A program made the translations under genes and the position numbers. Below, piece by piece: positions 24,090 to 37,249 of a DNA stretch of 64,000 nucleotides. The stretch's first letter is position 1; every line of letters begins with the position of its first letter. The DNA is from Oikopleura dioica (lineage: Eukaryota; Animalia; Chordata): positions 14,694,001 through 14,758,000 of the forward strand of contig OU015567.1 of the NCBI GenBank assembly GCA_907165135.1. Reading direction: 5' to 3'. The notes beneath the pieces were generated by a model. That model ran no database searches. It saw nothing but the letters and a program-made list of their open reading frames with translations, and was not told the DNA's origin.

Positions 24090-25159
24090 GGCTAGTGGTG
24101 GTGCAGTTAATTGAAACCCCGGTCTAGTTACGCCTAGGGTTGACTTTCATAGCAGGGAGGAGAATTATGCTCTGGAACATATTGATGATTTTACGGTTGC
24201 TAATTTAAAATTTGAGTGGGCAAATATTCTGATCTTGGTCAAGATATCTCATTATTGAAGATGGAACTTCTACGGCAATAAATTTTCATCTGCCAGGATC
24301 CAAATTTCAAAAGCGCAAAGGTACACCACCCTAAGCGCGGAAAACTCATCAAGGCAGAAGCAGGTACTGTTAGCGTACTAGTAGAAAAGGGCGGAACGAC
24401 GAGGTTTTGAACACGCACCAATTTGTGCTGGAATGCTCACGTGATCTGATCAGTGGTTTATTTCTTCTCTCTCCCAAAAGAAAAACCGCATTTGGGGTGA
24501 TACTATTTTCAAAGTGGTTTCAGGTGGATAAATTGAGCATTAATAAAAACGAATCAAAATTAATAGTTATTATTTTTATCCGCAATTAAAATGAATATTC
24601 TTTATTTTTAACATTTTTTTGAAAATTTTGCGTTTGAACCGTGCAAAAAAATTAGTAATTGAACAAAACGAAATTTTTATCAAAATTTCCATGCTTATCC
24701 TTATTTTTAAGTGCTCCATTCTAAGCGATATCAATATAATCCCACTCTTTCGTTAACCCTAATCCTCTGACTCTACGCTTGAATTTTGAACCGTAATCTT
24801 CGAAATCGAAACAGTGAAAAACTCTTCTGCAAGATGTCCTTTAGAATGTTTTATTTTCAAAGAAAAGTCAAAAATGTCCGGCGACCGCGAACACTGGCCG
24901 CCGCGTGTCACATTTTTAGGAATGAGGAACGAAAACGAGTTAAGCTGGGTGAACTGGTGGAACTGAACCGAAAGTACTGAAGAATAGACACAGGCGAAAA
25001 ACAGGAAATGAAAGGGTACGAAATGTTTTTTGAGTATTTTTATGGCTGCTTCGTTAATGTTTTTCAAATATGGTTTTGACGGTATGGATAAATGTACAAA
25101 ATGTTAAATAATCACGAAAATATACAAGTAAATTTCAAGATGAAAAATTATCATCGTCG

Positions 25160-28100
25160 TCAAGCATTTTCGTAATGACTTTGGGCCTCCTCCAAGTTGT
25201 CCCGCGAGTGGCGCCGCTCAAACTCATCTGGACAGTAAGTGACTTGCGTTACTGTGCGTTCTAGAGCCATGTGACCAGTAGTCGAGAGTGAGGACCGGCG
25301 ACCGCCACTGCGTCCAGCAGCTGACATTGGAGCTGCGTATGAGACGGCTCCCACGGAGTTTGTAGAGTAAGTACTGAATTAGGTAAGTTAAAATTAATTA
25401 TTTTCGATATATGATCCTAATAACGCCTTTTTGAATATTTTAGAAACAATCATCTTTGTAACCCTCCAATTACTATTGCGAAAGCCCGTTTCCAAAGTGA
25501 AACAAACCGGAAAGAGCGTGAAAGAGGATCACTGCGTCGCCACTGGAGCAGTTCGTTGCACGTTAGTTTTTTTTCCTTACCTGAGCTCTTTGTGAAGAGG
25601 CGCATGAGTTCGTTGTAACGTTGGGTGCTGTCGTAGCGGTGGCGGAATTGCTTTTGACGCTGGTAGTTTCATTCGCTTGCTGAAATTTTTTCATGTTAAT
25701 TTTTTCATTTTCATGTTTTACATGGATTAATACTTTCAAAATGAACGTGATCTCGCTAATTGCTATAAAAACTAGCGGTCGATTAAAAACAGATTTCGCT
25801 AATAATAATTAACATTAATTATTATAATTATCGACCATTAATTTTCTCCAGAAAAAAAATTGGCGAGAATGAATTTCTACTATTTAGCATCCACGTTTTT
25901 TCTTTTACGACGATCAACTTGCTGTGTTGTTTATTTTGTCGACACTTACCAAAGAAGAACCGCGACTAGAATGAAGCCAGAAAGAACGACCGCAGCCAGC
26001 AACAAGCCCCCCGCGTACATCAACCACCTGTTACTCTTTTCTCTCGCTGCCAGTGCGTCGAGAGAGGAGGAAGTTGACGCGATTTGATGATCTTGTCCGA
26101 TGTCGATCGGGACGTCCCAAACGGGCACTTCGGGAACGTAGATTCGAGGCATCACCGGAGTCTCCGACGTTCCAATGCCTTTCGATCGTAGGAAGGTGTA
26201 AATTGTCTAAAAAGAAAGCGCTTTTAGATCAGTTTTAAAATGAACCTTCTGAAAGAAAAAACGTCGATTTCCTGGTGCTATTAGAACGCTGACCGCTATA
26301 TCCTCGCCCAGTAGTAGTTTCATCATTACATAATTGGCCCGCCAATTTCGCGATGGCGCATTTTAGCAGAATTCAAAAATGTCACTCACGTCAAAAAACG
26401 CTCAATTAAAAATATTGTCCTTTTAAAAATGCCAAGCGAAAGTCGAAAACCGTTCAAAACTTGCTTTAAATATTTATACGTTTGTTATTGCTTATCTCCG
26501 TTGGCTGTTTGTGTCTAAACTAACCTTGAATTTATATTTATTGCCTGAAGGTTCGCGATCCATGGCGAGGAGACTGTAGTCGCCAAAGCGATTTCCGTGT
26601 TCGTCGATTTTTACTTGCGAGGCGATCCCGTTCATCTGCCGGGCTCGCATTTGCGCGGAGATTTGGGTACCATCGCGCCAGTCAGTTCCGTCGCCGAGGG
26701 ACTAAAATATGTTTCAAGAAAAAATTCGAAGAGAGGAGCTTACGGCGTCAATCGCCATTGCGTATAAAATGAGCGCATCGTGAAATCCCTCGACGAAAGA
26801 ATTGACTCTAAATTCTTCCTCGTCTTCCAGAATCCCCATTTTCCGGTAGTCCTCCGCCATGGTCTGGGAAAAGTGTTCGAATTGTCCTTGTCTAGGTGCC
26901 ACATGCGAAGCCGAAGATTGGTAAGGAACGTATTCCTCGTTGCCCTTGATTGTTCTCCTCGCGTTTCGAATGTTGGTCCGCAGTGTGACTACTTGAAGGG
27001 CTAAATAGAAGTCGTTGAGATGGTCACCAATAGTTATCGAATATTACACAGGGGTCAAACGATGTTAGATTGCGCGAATCAAATTTATTTAGAAGTCCAA
27101 ATTCAACGCATAAATAAAATCATCTTCGAGGAATAGCATTTTTGGAAGTAAAGGCCGTTGATTATTTAGACACAGCGGGAGAGATTTAGCTCCACATTCC
27201 TCGCGCTTTTAAAAGATCAATTCGCACGGGGATGATTCGTCGATTTTTGAGAATACTCTAACAGTGTAGATCTTCATCTTACAGTCAGCATTGGCTTTAC
27301 CTTTATAAGCATCTCTTGCTTCTTCGTCTTTGTCGTCATTTCGTTTCCACGATCCATGGCCGAAATACGAAGCATTGAAGAGATCAACAGTGTACCAGAC
27401 ATTTTGCTCTGGTTCAGTCATTCCTCGTCGTTTCGCAGCAATCATCATGTTTCTCACGAAATCTTCGCTTCCGCAGGTGACCACTACTCTTGGATCTTTC
27501 ATCTGATCAAGCACTTCGTTGTAGTTGATGCAGCACATTGGATACTGGACGACTGTGTTGAGGACGCGAAAACGAGTGCCTGTATTCATCTGTAGGGTGT
27601 ATTGAATTGCTTCCATGGCGAAATAGCAGTCTTTGGTCAAATCTTCGGGCGAATGGTAGAGGAGATGAATGGTGTGCTTCCAGTAGTCGAGCTGGACGAA
27701 GAGGCTTTTGAAAAACTCGCCGATCTCCGTGAAAGGCGCAGTGATCCGAGTCAGCGTCGGCTGGTAGACATCAGTAAACGCCATCGCCATCGCACCAGAC
27801 GTGATCATTGCTTTGTTCCAAAACTTGGAAAAGTCGTTGACTCCATCCGCAGCGTGTGAGCAAACTGGACCGAGAATCAGATCGACTTCTGTTCCTAAAG
27901 GAAAAAATTTTGAACAAGGTTTATTTTTCTGGGAAAGAATCTTTTGTTGGCATAGCTTTTCTCAATTCGCTATTTTCTTCCATCAAAATTCAGTACCATG
28001 GAGTCTTCAAAGTGCCGCTGCTCAAAGTTTTAACTCAAGTGGCGTCTTCTTCAAACGCTGCTTTTCCCTCTTTTCATTAGGGACCCTTATTACCTCCAAA

Positions 28101-29459
28101 AGCCCTTTTGCTATATAAATCTTGCATTTTCAATGTTTTTTGATCTTGCGCCTTCAAAATAAACAAAATCGGGTTTATTGGCATCTCGTATTCATTGTTG
28201 TAGAAAATCCTGTCAAAATCCACGCTGGAGATTTTCATAAATCCCCGAGGATGCTATTTATTTGGGCTTTGATATGCTCGAGCGGCTCCTTGAGCTCTGT
28301 GATTGTTTTCCATGCGATGGCCTTTGAGAACTTACTTGTCGGAAAAAGTGGCGGCTTTTGTTGGCCCTAAGTTGCATCACAATGATATGGAAAACAGCCA
28401 CTAAATATAGTATAATCATGGGAAAACTTTTTCTTTTGTAATTTTTTCGATTTTTTCACTGAAATTTTTTGGTTATTTTTTTCCAAATTAAAGTTTACAC
28501 GAAAAGAAGACTAAGCCTTAGTTTCAAAATATAATCACCAAACCCGCTAATCAAGTATCTTCTTGTAAAGTTTAATCAATCAAACGGTCGTGGAACCAAG
28601 TGGGAAATAAAGGGTAATGAGCAATTTTTGTGCAACGGAGCAGAAAATGCATTTCAAGTGGCAAGTTCGCCACCGCAAAAATTTTAAAGGGGGTTAATTG
28701 AAAAAATGCCTTTTAGAAAAAACAACGAGTGGGGAATTTCAAAGAATCCTTGGATGAATTTTCAAGCTCTTACCATTTTGCTTGTTTTTGTAAAAGGTAT
28801 CGGCGGTGGTCAGCATCGCTTCCCGGTTGCATCCCGAGTCGATGTACTCAACGTCAAACTCGAAATTTGACAGAAAGTTTTGCTCGTCTGTCGACCAGGT
28901 CCCCATAAATGTCAAAATTTTCATACAATTTTTCGTTAAAAGATTGATCAAACCCCTTCAGCCCGCTCGTAAATCGGTTTTAGATGATCACCTCGGAAAG
29001 AGCAAACGAAATATAATCCGATACGGGGTAATGGTGTTGTGTTATGCTTTGAACGATAGGACAATGGGACCTGTTCCTTTGATTGTCTGCAGCGCGTAGT
29101 TGATCGCAGGACGAACGTGGTTTTGGCTATTTTGGGGCTTGAAATAACATGATTTTTTTTTCAAAAATAGAAGGTATGTTGTCCTAAAACAATGTTCTTA
29201 ACGAAACTTTTAGTGCCAAAAGTAACTTTTTGATATCAATTTGGTGTTGTCTTTACTAGCACTTACTAATTGAAAGTATCTTTTTATAATAAAAAGAGCT
29301 TCTTTCAAGCCGTTTCCTGAATAAATACTTATCATCTTCCGGCAGCGAGGCGAGAATCTTGACTCTTTCGGTCTTTTCTTCTTTTTGTTTCCTCCGATTT
29401 CCGCGCGACTTCCCGCAGTTAACCTGGAAGATCAGAAGGCACCATTGCCAAAGAAACAT
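25160..29459 (-). CDS. Natriuretic peptide receptor C (NPR3)-like single-pass receptor with no kinase-homology or cyclase domain
   Basis: Signal MFLWQWCLLIFQVNC. Ectodomain motifs VKILASLPEDDKYLFSQNHVRPAINYAL, FDVEYIDSGC, DLILGPVCSHAA, VNSFVEGFHDALILYA and NGIASQVKIDEHGNRFGDYSLLAM resemble the ANF-receptor ectodomain. TM WLMYAGGLLLAAVVLSGFILVAVLLW, then a short low-complexity tail and stop at 25160. Confidence 0.8.
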
Positions 29460-31175
29460 TTTCTCCGTCTTATCTTCTTTCTTGTTCTTATCTCTATTTC
29501 GTTGTGAAAAGCGGTTGTGAAAAAAAGCGGTTGAATGTATTTCCGGAGGCTGTTTTTGCTCCTTTCTAGCTTTGGATCGAGTATGTGCTCGGGCGTTGAA
29601 ATAAAGCGCATCGGTGCGTATGGCGCCCGCGACCGCGGACTCGTTGGCGCCATCTGTGGCTACTCGTGGAGGGATCAGATGTCCTGCTGAGAGAGAGACA
29701 TTGATTTGAAACAGTGTTCCTCTTGTACAAATAAGGTCATTTACTGGACGTACTCAAGCATGAGAAATGAAAATGACGGTCGTTTGAAATCAAGGAAGAC
29801 TATCATTTTTACGCATCTCAATTTATACAAATTTTGATAAAATCAATCTCCATGAAGTTAAATTATTTCTATCAAAATTAAAAATTTTTCTTTTCATGAA
29901 AAACTTTGGATAAGAAGAAATTTGAGTTGATTGCCTTGTCGTTGTATTGAGTTGAAAAAGGTGCTATTCCTCAAAAAGGTGATGTTAAAGTCATCAATTT
30001 TCAAACGGAAAAATATTTTCTCCAGCCAAGACGATAATAATGGCAGAAGTTGTAAATCACCGTCGATTAGAATCAAAGTCATTTACAACCCTAGCTGCTA
30101 GGGCCTAGCAAGCTCAAGATCGCGACAATCGCATGCCGTTTGTGGAATTAAAGTGGCCTCTTTGTGCAACCGCGTAGAACATCGTCGCTGTATTGATAAT
30201 CCCCAAAACATCCAAGAGCCCAGCTGGGAAGGGAAAATCTGAAGACTTTTGTCAAGCTCACTGAGTCGTTTCTCAGCCTGTTTTGTAGCGACCGATAGAT
30301 TTTAATCGCGCGCGCCGACCTAAACACCAACTCAATAATTATAAACATCGCTCAAAACACTTCAATCAAATTCGTACTCGAGCTCTGGCAACATAGAATT
30401 TCGCGCTCGCCGGAGCGAGGAGGAAAGTAACACTGTTACAGGCTTTGAAGATGAAGGGGATTTCTGACACCTGAAAAGGGTTTTACGACTTCTGGAAAAT
30501 CGACGAATATACAACAATTGATTGTTTATCAACCAAGCGGTTTTTGAAAGAATAAGTAAAAAAATTTTTTGACAAAATTTGGGTTTCAAAATTATGCATC
30601 AGCCAAAAATGCAAGGCCAACAAAAAAACAGCTGTGATGGCAATTTTGGACTCAGTAATGAGCAAATCTCGGTGGGAGCGCGAGCTCGATCAATTCGACA
30701 TTTTGAGAGGGGATCTCGGTGGTAACCACTTCCTAACGGCGTGACGATCAATTTTAGGCATCGATTAGACGAGTTCCTAAAGAATAACTCTGATTTTATG
30801 GATGACCTGGGCGGCGGATGTTCTCGAGGCTAAAAATATCACGGATTTGAGGACTTTCTGTCAATCAAATAGAGTGGTTATGCTCTTACATATAATTTTG
30901 TACCCCAACATGATTGTGACTTCTTTCATGCTGAGAAATTTTAACTTGGAAATTCGAAGATGGAATATTTGAAAAAATAACATCTGTTTTCGCGTTCCTA
31001 CCGCTTTATTTGAGATAATAACGTTAATCGCGTTTAGATAAAATTATTTTCAAGGGAAATATTCACGCCATCTATCAATAACAACGGATTGTCTCAGAAT
31101 ATAAAGCGCTTTTCGCCCATCTTTTTTCATTATAAAAAGTCAACCTTTGAGTAGAGAGACTTTTTCTATAAAAAA

Positions 31176-32829
31176 ATGAAACTTTTTGCAGCTCTTCTTG
31201 TCTCTACCGAGGCATGGAGCCGAGGTTCTTGCTCTGACAGCGATGCTCCAGGCGAGTGCCGGACCGAATGCGACTTGACCTGGTTCGGAAGACGAGATAA
31301 AATCAACTTCAAGCAATTCGGAAAGAGCGAGAATGGATTTCTAGCGCAAGCTGCTCCTCTTAGCTGGAAAGACGCCCATCTCAGCAAAGATGGCCATTAC
31401 ATCGGTATGCTGAGATTCGACCGACAATTCTGCAAGCGACCAATTCTCAAGGCAATTGGAGAGGGTAAAGTAACCATTAATGTATTTGATCGAACTGATG
31501 CAAACTACGCGCTCGAAGCTCAATTTTACGAGAGACCGCTAAACAACGACCAAAATAAAGAAGCAGCTTTCGTTCAATTCCGCCGCTCTGGATATCTCAA
31601 CGGAGATATGCTTTTCAAGGGCAAGGATCGATTCTTCATTGAAATGTCGAACATCGCGGACCATTTCGAACCTCTTGATCCACCAAACGAAAATGTCTCT
31701 CATGATGACTACTGGATGTGTTTCAATAATGTCGGCTTCCTTCACCAAGCTGATGTTGAGCAGGAAGACTTCAACGTTTCCGACTACACCAAGTGCGCTG
31801 CTTACACGCGATATGGCCAAGACATGACCGAAACTACTACAACTACCACCACCACAACGACAACGACGACTACCGAAACTCTTGAAGGAGGATGGGAGGT
31901 CGCCGGAGCGACGCTCAAAGACGGTCTCACCTGCGATGCACCTGGAACTCCGTGGTCACCATCTCTTCGATCATGGGACGATATGGTCACCGCGCCATGG
32001 AGCGAAGGCCGAATTGTTAACGGTGCTGTCGTTGAAGAAGGAAGCTGGCCGTGGATCGCCGGACTCAACAGCGGTGGATCTCACTGGTGCGGCGGTACCG
32101 TCATTACAAAAAATTCTGGTTCCCAATCTGATTGGGTTCTGACCGCCGCTCATTGCTGTGAGGGTTCGTCGTCTATCAAGGTCACTGTTGGCGATTGGTC
32201 CCAAGATACAGTCAGTGAGAACGAAGTTACTGTCACATCGAAGAATATAATTATGCATCCCAGCTACGATGACTGGACACTTTCCCACGACTTCTGCATG
32301 ATCGAAGTGCCTAATCTCGTTGCTGCGGGAGCTGATCATCAACCTGCTTGTTTACCAGGTATACACAAAATAAATAAATAGTCGGATATATAATCATTGC
32401 AGCTCAACACGTCCAGCCACAGAGAAAGTGCTACACTGCTGGATGGGGAACAACTTCTTACGGTGGCTCTGCTTCAAGAGATCTTCAAGCTGTTGGCTTG
32501 TGGATCTTTGATCAAGCCTACTGTAATTTGACAGCGAATGCCGGAGGTCTTGACGAGTCTATGTTCTGTGCCGGTATCCCAGACTTTGACGGAGATGGAA
32601 TCACTGACGGCGGAAAAGGTACGTTCAGCTTTCAATTTAAGAGCTAAAATCAATCTTAGATGCCTGCCAGGGAGACTCCGGAGGACCACTTGTCTGCGAA
32701 GAAGAAGGCCAACCAATCCTCTATGGCGTCGTTTCATGGGGATACGGATGCGCCGCCCAAAACAAACCTGGCGTCTGGGGAACCGTCGCTTACGCAATCG
32801 ACTGGATCACTGATATTATGTCTGCTTAA
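31176..32829 (+). CDS. Secreted trypsin-like S1 serine protease with a large unrecognised N-terminal domain and Thr-rich linker
   Basis: Signal peptide, activation site R|IVNG, TAAHC (His), HDFCMI (Asp), spliced [11 protein letters not shown] (Ser; Asp at the S1 pocket) and [10 protein letters not shown]. Stop at 32827-32829. Confidence 0.93.
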
Positions 32830-33815
32830 AAAGGAAGTCGATCTGATGCTTAGATTCTAGCCGCTAGAATCTTGACTGACGGATTGAATAAAGTAAAACA
32901 ACAAAATGATCAAATTGAATATTCTGTAAGGGGTCAACCTTGTTTTTATATTGAAGACCTGTTGGGAGAATCGGAAGAAACTATAATTAAATAATGGCAT
33001 AAACGAATTATGCCACTAATACAGAAGAAAGTGGAATAGAGAACGCGATGACCGGTTATGGAAGGACCATGGATTATGATTGTGTTAGTTGGTTAGTAAA
33101 TGGAGGTTGAGAGAATGATGAGGTCGAATTAAATAGTGTTTTGTTGCTTTTTAAATAATTTAGCTTTCTTTAAACTAGGTCGACCTGATAGAGAAATGAG
33201 CGAGGTGTGAATTATAACGAGAAATGACTTGACAGATGAAGAACAATCGTAGCAGGAGAATAGTCTGCGTAGAGGTTAGAATCGTAGCAGGAAATGTCCG
33301 TGCAGAAGGTGTGTATAAAATGACAACAGTATTTATGAAGGATAAAGAAGAGAGAGAGATAGAACACAAGGCAATCTTCATAATTAATCGGCAGCACTGC
33401 AGATTTTCTCGATACCTTCAAATGGCGTGAGATAGATCTGTGGTGAAAGATTAATTACTGAAATTGTCAAATGTACCATAAGAAGATGAGCCCTCTACGA
33501 CAAAAAGTAGCAATTGTTTAATACGTTTAGATGGAAGTATTTAAGCACCAGTCGACACGAAACGGTTTACGTCGGCGATGACTAGGTGAAATGAGAGGTG
33601 ACAATGGAAGAAAAAAAAGTGACCGCGGAAAAGCTCCGCGAGTCGCAGTATAAAAATAACATAAAAAAGCAGCAATCATTTGCAATATTAATATTAACAA
33701 AAACTTGGGAAGAAAATATTCTTGTGAACTCTTGATAAGAACATACGCGGGGAAGACGATAAGAAATCGGGAAGGAGAGCGTTTGGGAAGACTTGACGGG
33801 CGGGAGACAAGGAGG

Positions 33816-36146
33816 TCAGTTTTTGAATACATAGAGGTTTTGTAATTGCTGAGCGCGTTTTCTTTGAAGCTCGAGTCCTAAATCTTCAATAAGTTAAAAT
33901 TGACAAGTGGCGGGATGTTTACCTAGGTCTATCCCAAAATTGTCGGACTTTTCTTGTTTAGCTGCAGCTTCGATTTTTGGAAAATCGACACTGGACGGAG
34001 TTGCTTGAGCTACAAAAAAGCGATGATGAATCAAGGAAGATTAGTTAGAAAATTTATACAAAAAATGGAGGCAAGCGGGTTTCCGTCACTGACTTGGCTG
34101 AGTCTGCGAGGTAGTTTGAACTGGGGAAGTATGTACAGGAGGCACAATGTGTGCATGTGGCTGCGCTATACCTTGCTGAGCGGCGAAGCAGGCGAGCGGA
34201 AGGCCGGCATTCTGCTGCAGTCCCATATTGAAGTTCGCAAGCTGGCCTAATCAAGCGTTATTATTCACGTCAGCGGATTAATTTATAATTTGAAGTGCGC
34301 GCAAATAAAAGAATAGGGAGAATATTCTTCATGTCAAACCTGTGGCGTCGGCAAATATTGGCTGGAAATTCGTTGCAGCCATATTAGGCAGCATTGTGTA
34401 GCCGCCGAGCCCTGTCATGCCTAGATGAGTGTGATGTTCCATTTCCATTTTTAATGTGATTGTACGAACCTAGCGTGCCGAGGCCCATCTGGGCCTGTGT
34501 CATGATGGGCGTGGTAGATGCGATCGGGAGCATTATCCCACCACCGGTAGATGCAGTTATCAAACTCGCATCGGCATATGGAGAGCCTGAATTATTTACT
34601 CAGCACGGTTAATTTTGATATGGAAACATATAGTAAGATGTGAGTCCTCCATGATTTCAGCGAGAACGAATGCTCGATGTGCTAAAAGTGGAAGAAGAGT
34701 CTTTACCGGTGGGGTTAGCATTAGCGACGGGGCCGGCGAAGCCAGAGTAGGAAAGATTGGGGCAACTGCCGGACTGGGGGTCTTCTTTGATTTTTGCCAA
34801 AATCACGTCCCCTGCATTGTACAGTTCCGATTTCTCGCCAGTTACAGTAATAACACGTTCCTAATTTATGAATAGAACGTAATACGCTACATTTATTCAT
34901 CCTTCACGCCTTCTACAGTTTCCCCAGGGCCGAAATAATGTAAACTGTCACTTTTTACGGCGATTGAAAAGTTCAACCGTAAAAAGTAGTGTCGTACTTA
35001 AAATGTAGTACACATGAACAATGAATGGCAAATGAGTCTGTGAGCTGTTTTCAGTTGTTGTTTTTCTATTTTTTAACTTAGGTCAGTCAGTGGCACTAAT
35101 TTCGAAATGAAGGATGAATAAATCGGCAATAGTGAGAGGTTCAGTAAGATTACCTGTAGGTTGATCTGCTCGGGCTTCTGGCTGAGCTGCACTTTCGCGC
35201 CCGTCGATTCCATAATGTGTTTAATAGTTGCGCCCGCTTTCCCAATAATAAGGCCAGCTGTGGTGTTTGGCACAATGATCTTAGCCTAATTCGAAATTCA
35301 TGAGCAATTAATTTTCCTTCTCTATTTACCTGTTTATGTCTATCACCGTTTTGAATCGCCATATCTTTCGGAACTGGAAATTCGAATGTCTTCTCGGTCA
35401 TGAATCGGTAAACATGTTTCAAAGCAGCGGCATCGCCTGTTACGAGTCCTATTCTTTCTGTAGTTCCTGAAGAAATCGATAAGCGATAATGGTAAGAGAA
35501 TGATTTATGATCAAAAAAGATTTGCTGCCTATATATTTTACTATACGAAATATACAGTAAAATGCAGATGGTGATTACGTCCTGGGGCGAAGTAGATCCA
35601 CCAGGACATTATCGACTTCAATTCGATAGATCATCTAATCTATACACATCATACCAAAAAAACGTATTAGTGCTGCTATTGCATTATATATGCACTACTG
35701 TCGCACACGAAAGGGTAATAATGCATGGCTGATAAGTTATGCGACATACTGTCAAAGTCATCAATGTGTTCCTAATTAGCGTGGCGCTTACCTGGGTAAA
35801 AATCCTTCGCCTTTGAAAGTTTTATGACGGCGCCAGAATCTTTTTGAAGCTGCGTGATCGTTTGTCCACATTTACCTAGAAAACAAATTTACTACTAAAA
35901 GCCGTAAACAATCGACTAAACAAACAATCGTGTAAATAAACCTAATCCGCATTAGAGTGATTGTAAATTCTTAAAATATGACAAGCCAAAACCACTTAAA
36001 ATCTTACCGATTATTGATCCGGCGGCGTAGGCAGGAACCAGTATTTTCAGTAATAACGGACCAGCTTCTGTTTTCTCTCGGAGCACCAGGGATGACGCTG
36101 GAAGAAACTCATTATCATCAATAAATTCAATTTCTTGCTCAACCAT
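33816..36146 (-). CDS. NOVA: NOVA-family KH RNA-binding protein (KH1 and KH2 only visible)
   Basis: KH1 reads [49 protein letters not shown]2 reads [37 protein letters not shown]...ERVITVTG, then [15 protein letters not shown] and ANPTGSPYA. All are NOVA hallmarks. Confidence 0.92.
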
Positions 36147-36792
36147 TTTTCTTTTTGAAAAACAAAAGACGGAAAAAATGGTCAATTTCAAACTGCAATT
36201 TGCTTTTTGCACTTTCACTTTTCCGCCATCAAAACGCGAAAATCATAAAATTACAAAGATGCGAATTTTAATCTCCTTATTTGTTTTTGCGAATTCGCTC
36301 TAAAATTTCAAACCTCGAACAAATGGGTCCATTTTATATTCCAAAAAAGATGCAAATAAATAGGTTAAATAAAAAAGTTCTTATTGTTAGTTATTGTTCA
36401 TTCTCTTGTCGGACATTATTCGGTAGCGTGCCCTGCGGCGTGTGAAAGGCCGAGAGAATGGAATACGGGGAGGGGATAAGCCGTCGGTCTCTGGGGATGA
36501 CGCCACCGCTTTTACTGAGCGCAACTACCAACCTTCGGGCACACTCATGCCGGAGAATTATCTATCGACAGGCGCTGTTGCAGTTTTTCAACCTCGCGGA
36601 GTAAAAACGCAAAAAAACGAATGAAAAAAAAAATGTCTGAAACTCGAAGGAAGGCGATAGTGAGGGCGATGCTCGTGTTTTCCCCTTTCTGTTTTCTTTT
36701 GAGGAGATCCGAGATTCCGCCCCGCGGTGAGCGACCTACAAAACCAGAGCTCGCTCATTGAGCCTTTCTTTCTGGCACAAGACCAAGGGTGA

Positions 36793-37213
36793 GATCATCC
36801 CCTGGACCGTTACAGGCGTTGATAGATTTCTTTGAACAGATATTTTTTATGAAATCGAAAGAAAACAAAGCTAGTAACAATCTGGGATCGGCAACCTGTA
36901 TAGAAAACCTGAGTCAGGTTCTGAAGGGCTCGAATAAAAAGCCGCGGCGCGGCTTTTTTAAAAAGGAAGCCGTGAAGAGACTTCGCCAGTATTTAGACAA
37001 AGATCAAAATAATAATTTTGCGAAGCCGCACAGGCGGCTTCGTACTTGAAAAAGCCGCTACGCGGCTTTTCATTGAAGCTCTTCAGAACCTGACTCAGGT
37101 TTTGTAGACAGGTTTCCGAGACCAGGTTGTAACTAGCTTTGTTTAGTTTTCATTTCATAAAAATATCTGTTCAAAGAAATATATCAACGCCTGTAACGGT
37201 CCAGGGGATGATC
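36793..37213. mobile_element. Palindromic MITE-like element (421 bp) with CCTGAGTCAGG core and inner AAGCCGC..GCGGCTT hairpins
   Basis: About 150-bp arms (36793-36944 and 37063-37213) are reverse complements with scattered mismatches; the outer 31 bp are perfect. No TSD seen. Confidence 0.75.
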
Positions 37214-37249
37214 AAACCGCTTCAAATAGGGTTACTTACATGTTGTGCC

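Noticed and set aside
23900-24170. Identification of the GC-rich cloverleaf as RNase P/MRP, U1, SRP or telomerase RNA
   Set aside because: There are only fragmentary resemblances (GGCGGAG..CTCCGCC ends, CCTGG, CAACCCTAG, TGACTTTCA). It has no complete P4, Sm site, helix-8 motif or proper CTAACCCTAA template.
36420-36600. GC-rich patch upstream of NOVA as a possible ncRNA
   Set aside because: Only short scattered complementarities. More simply promoter or 5' region DNA.
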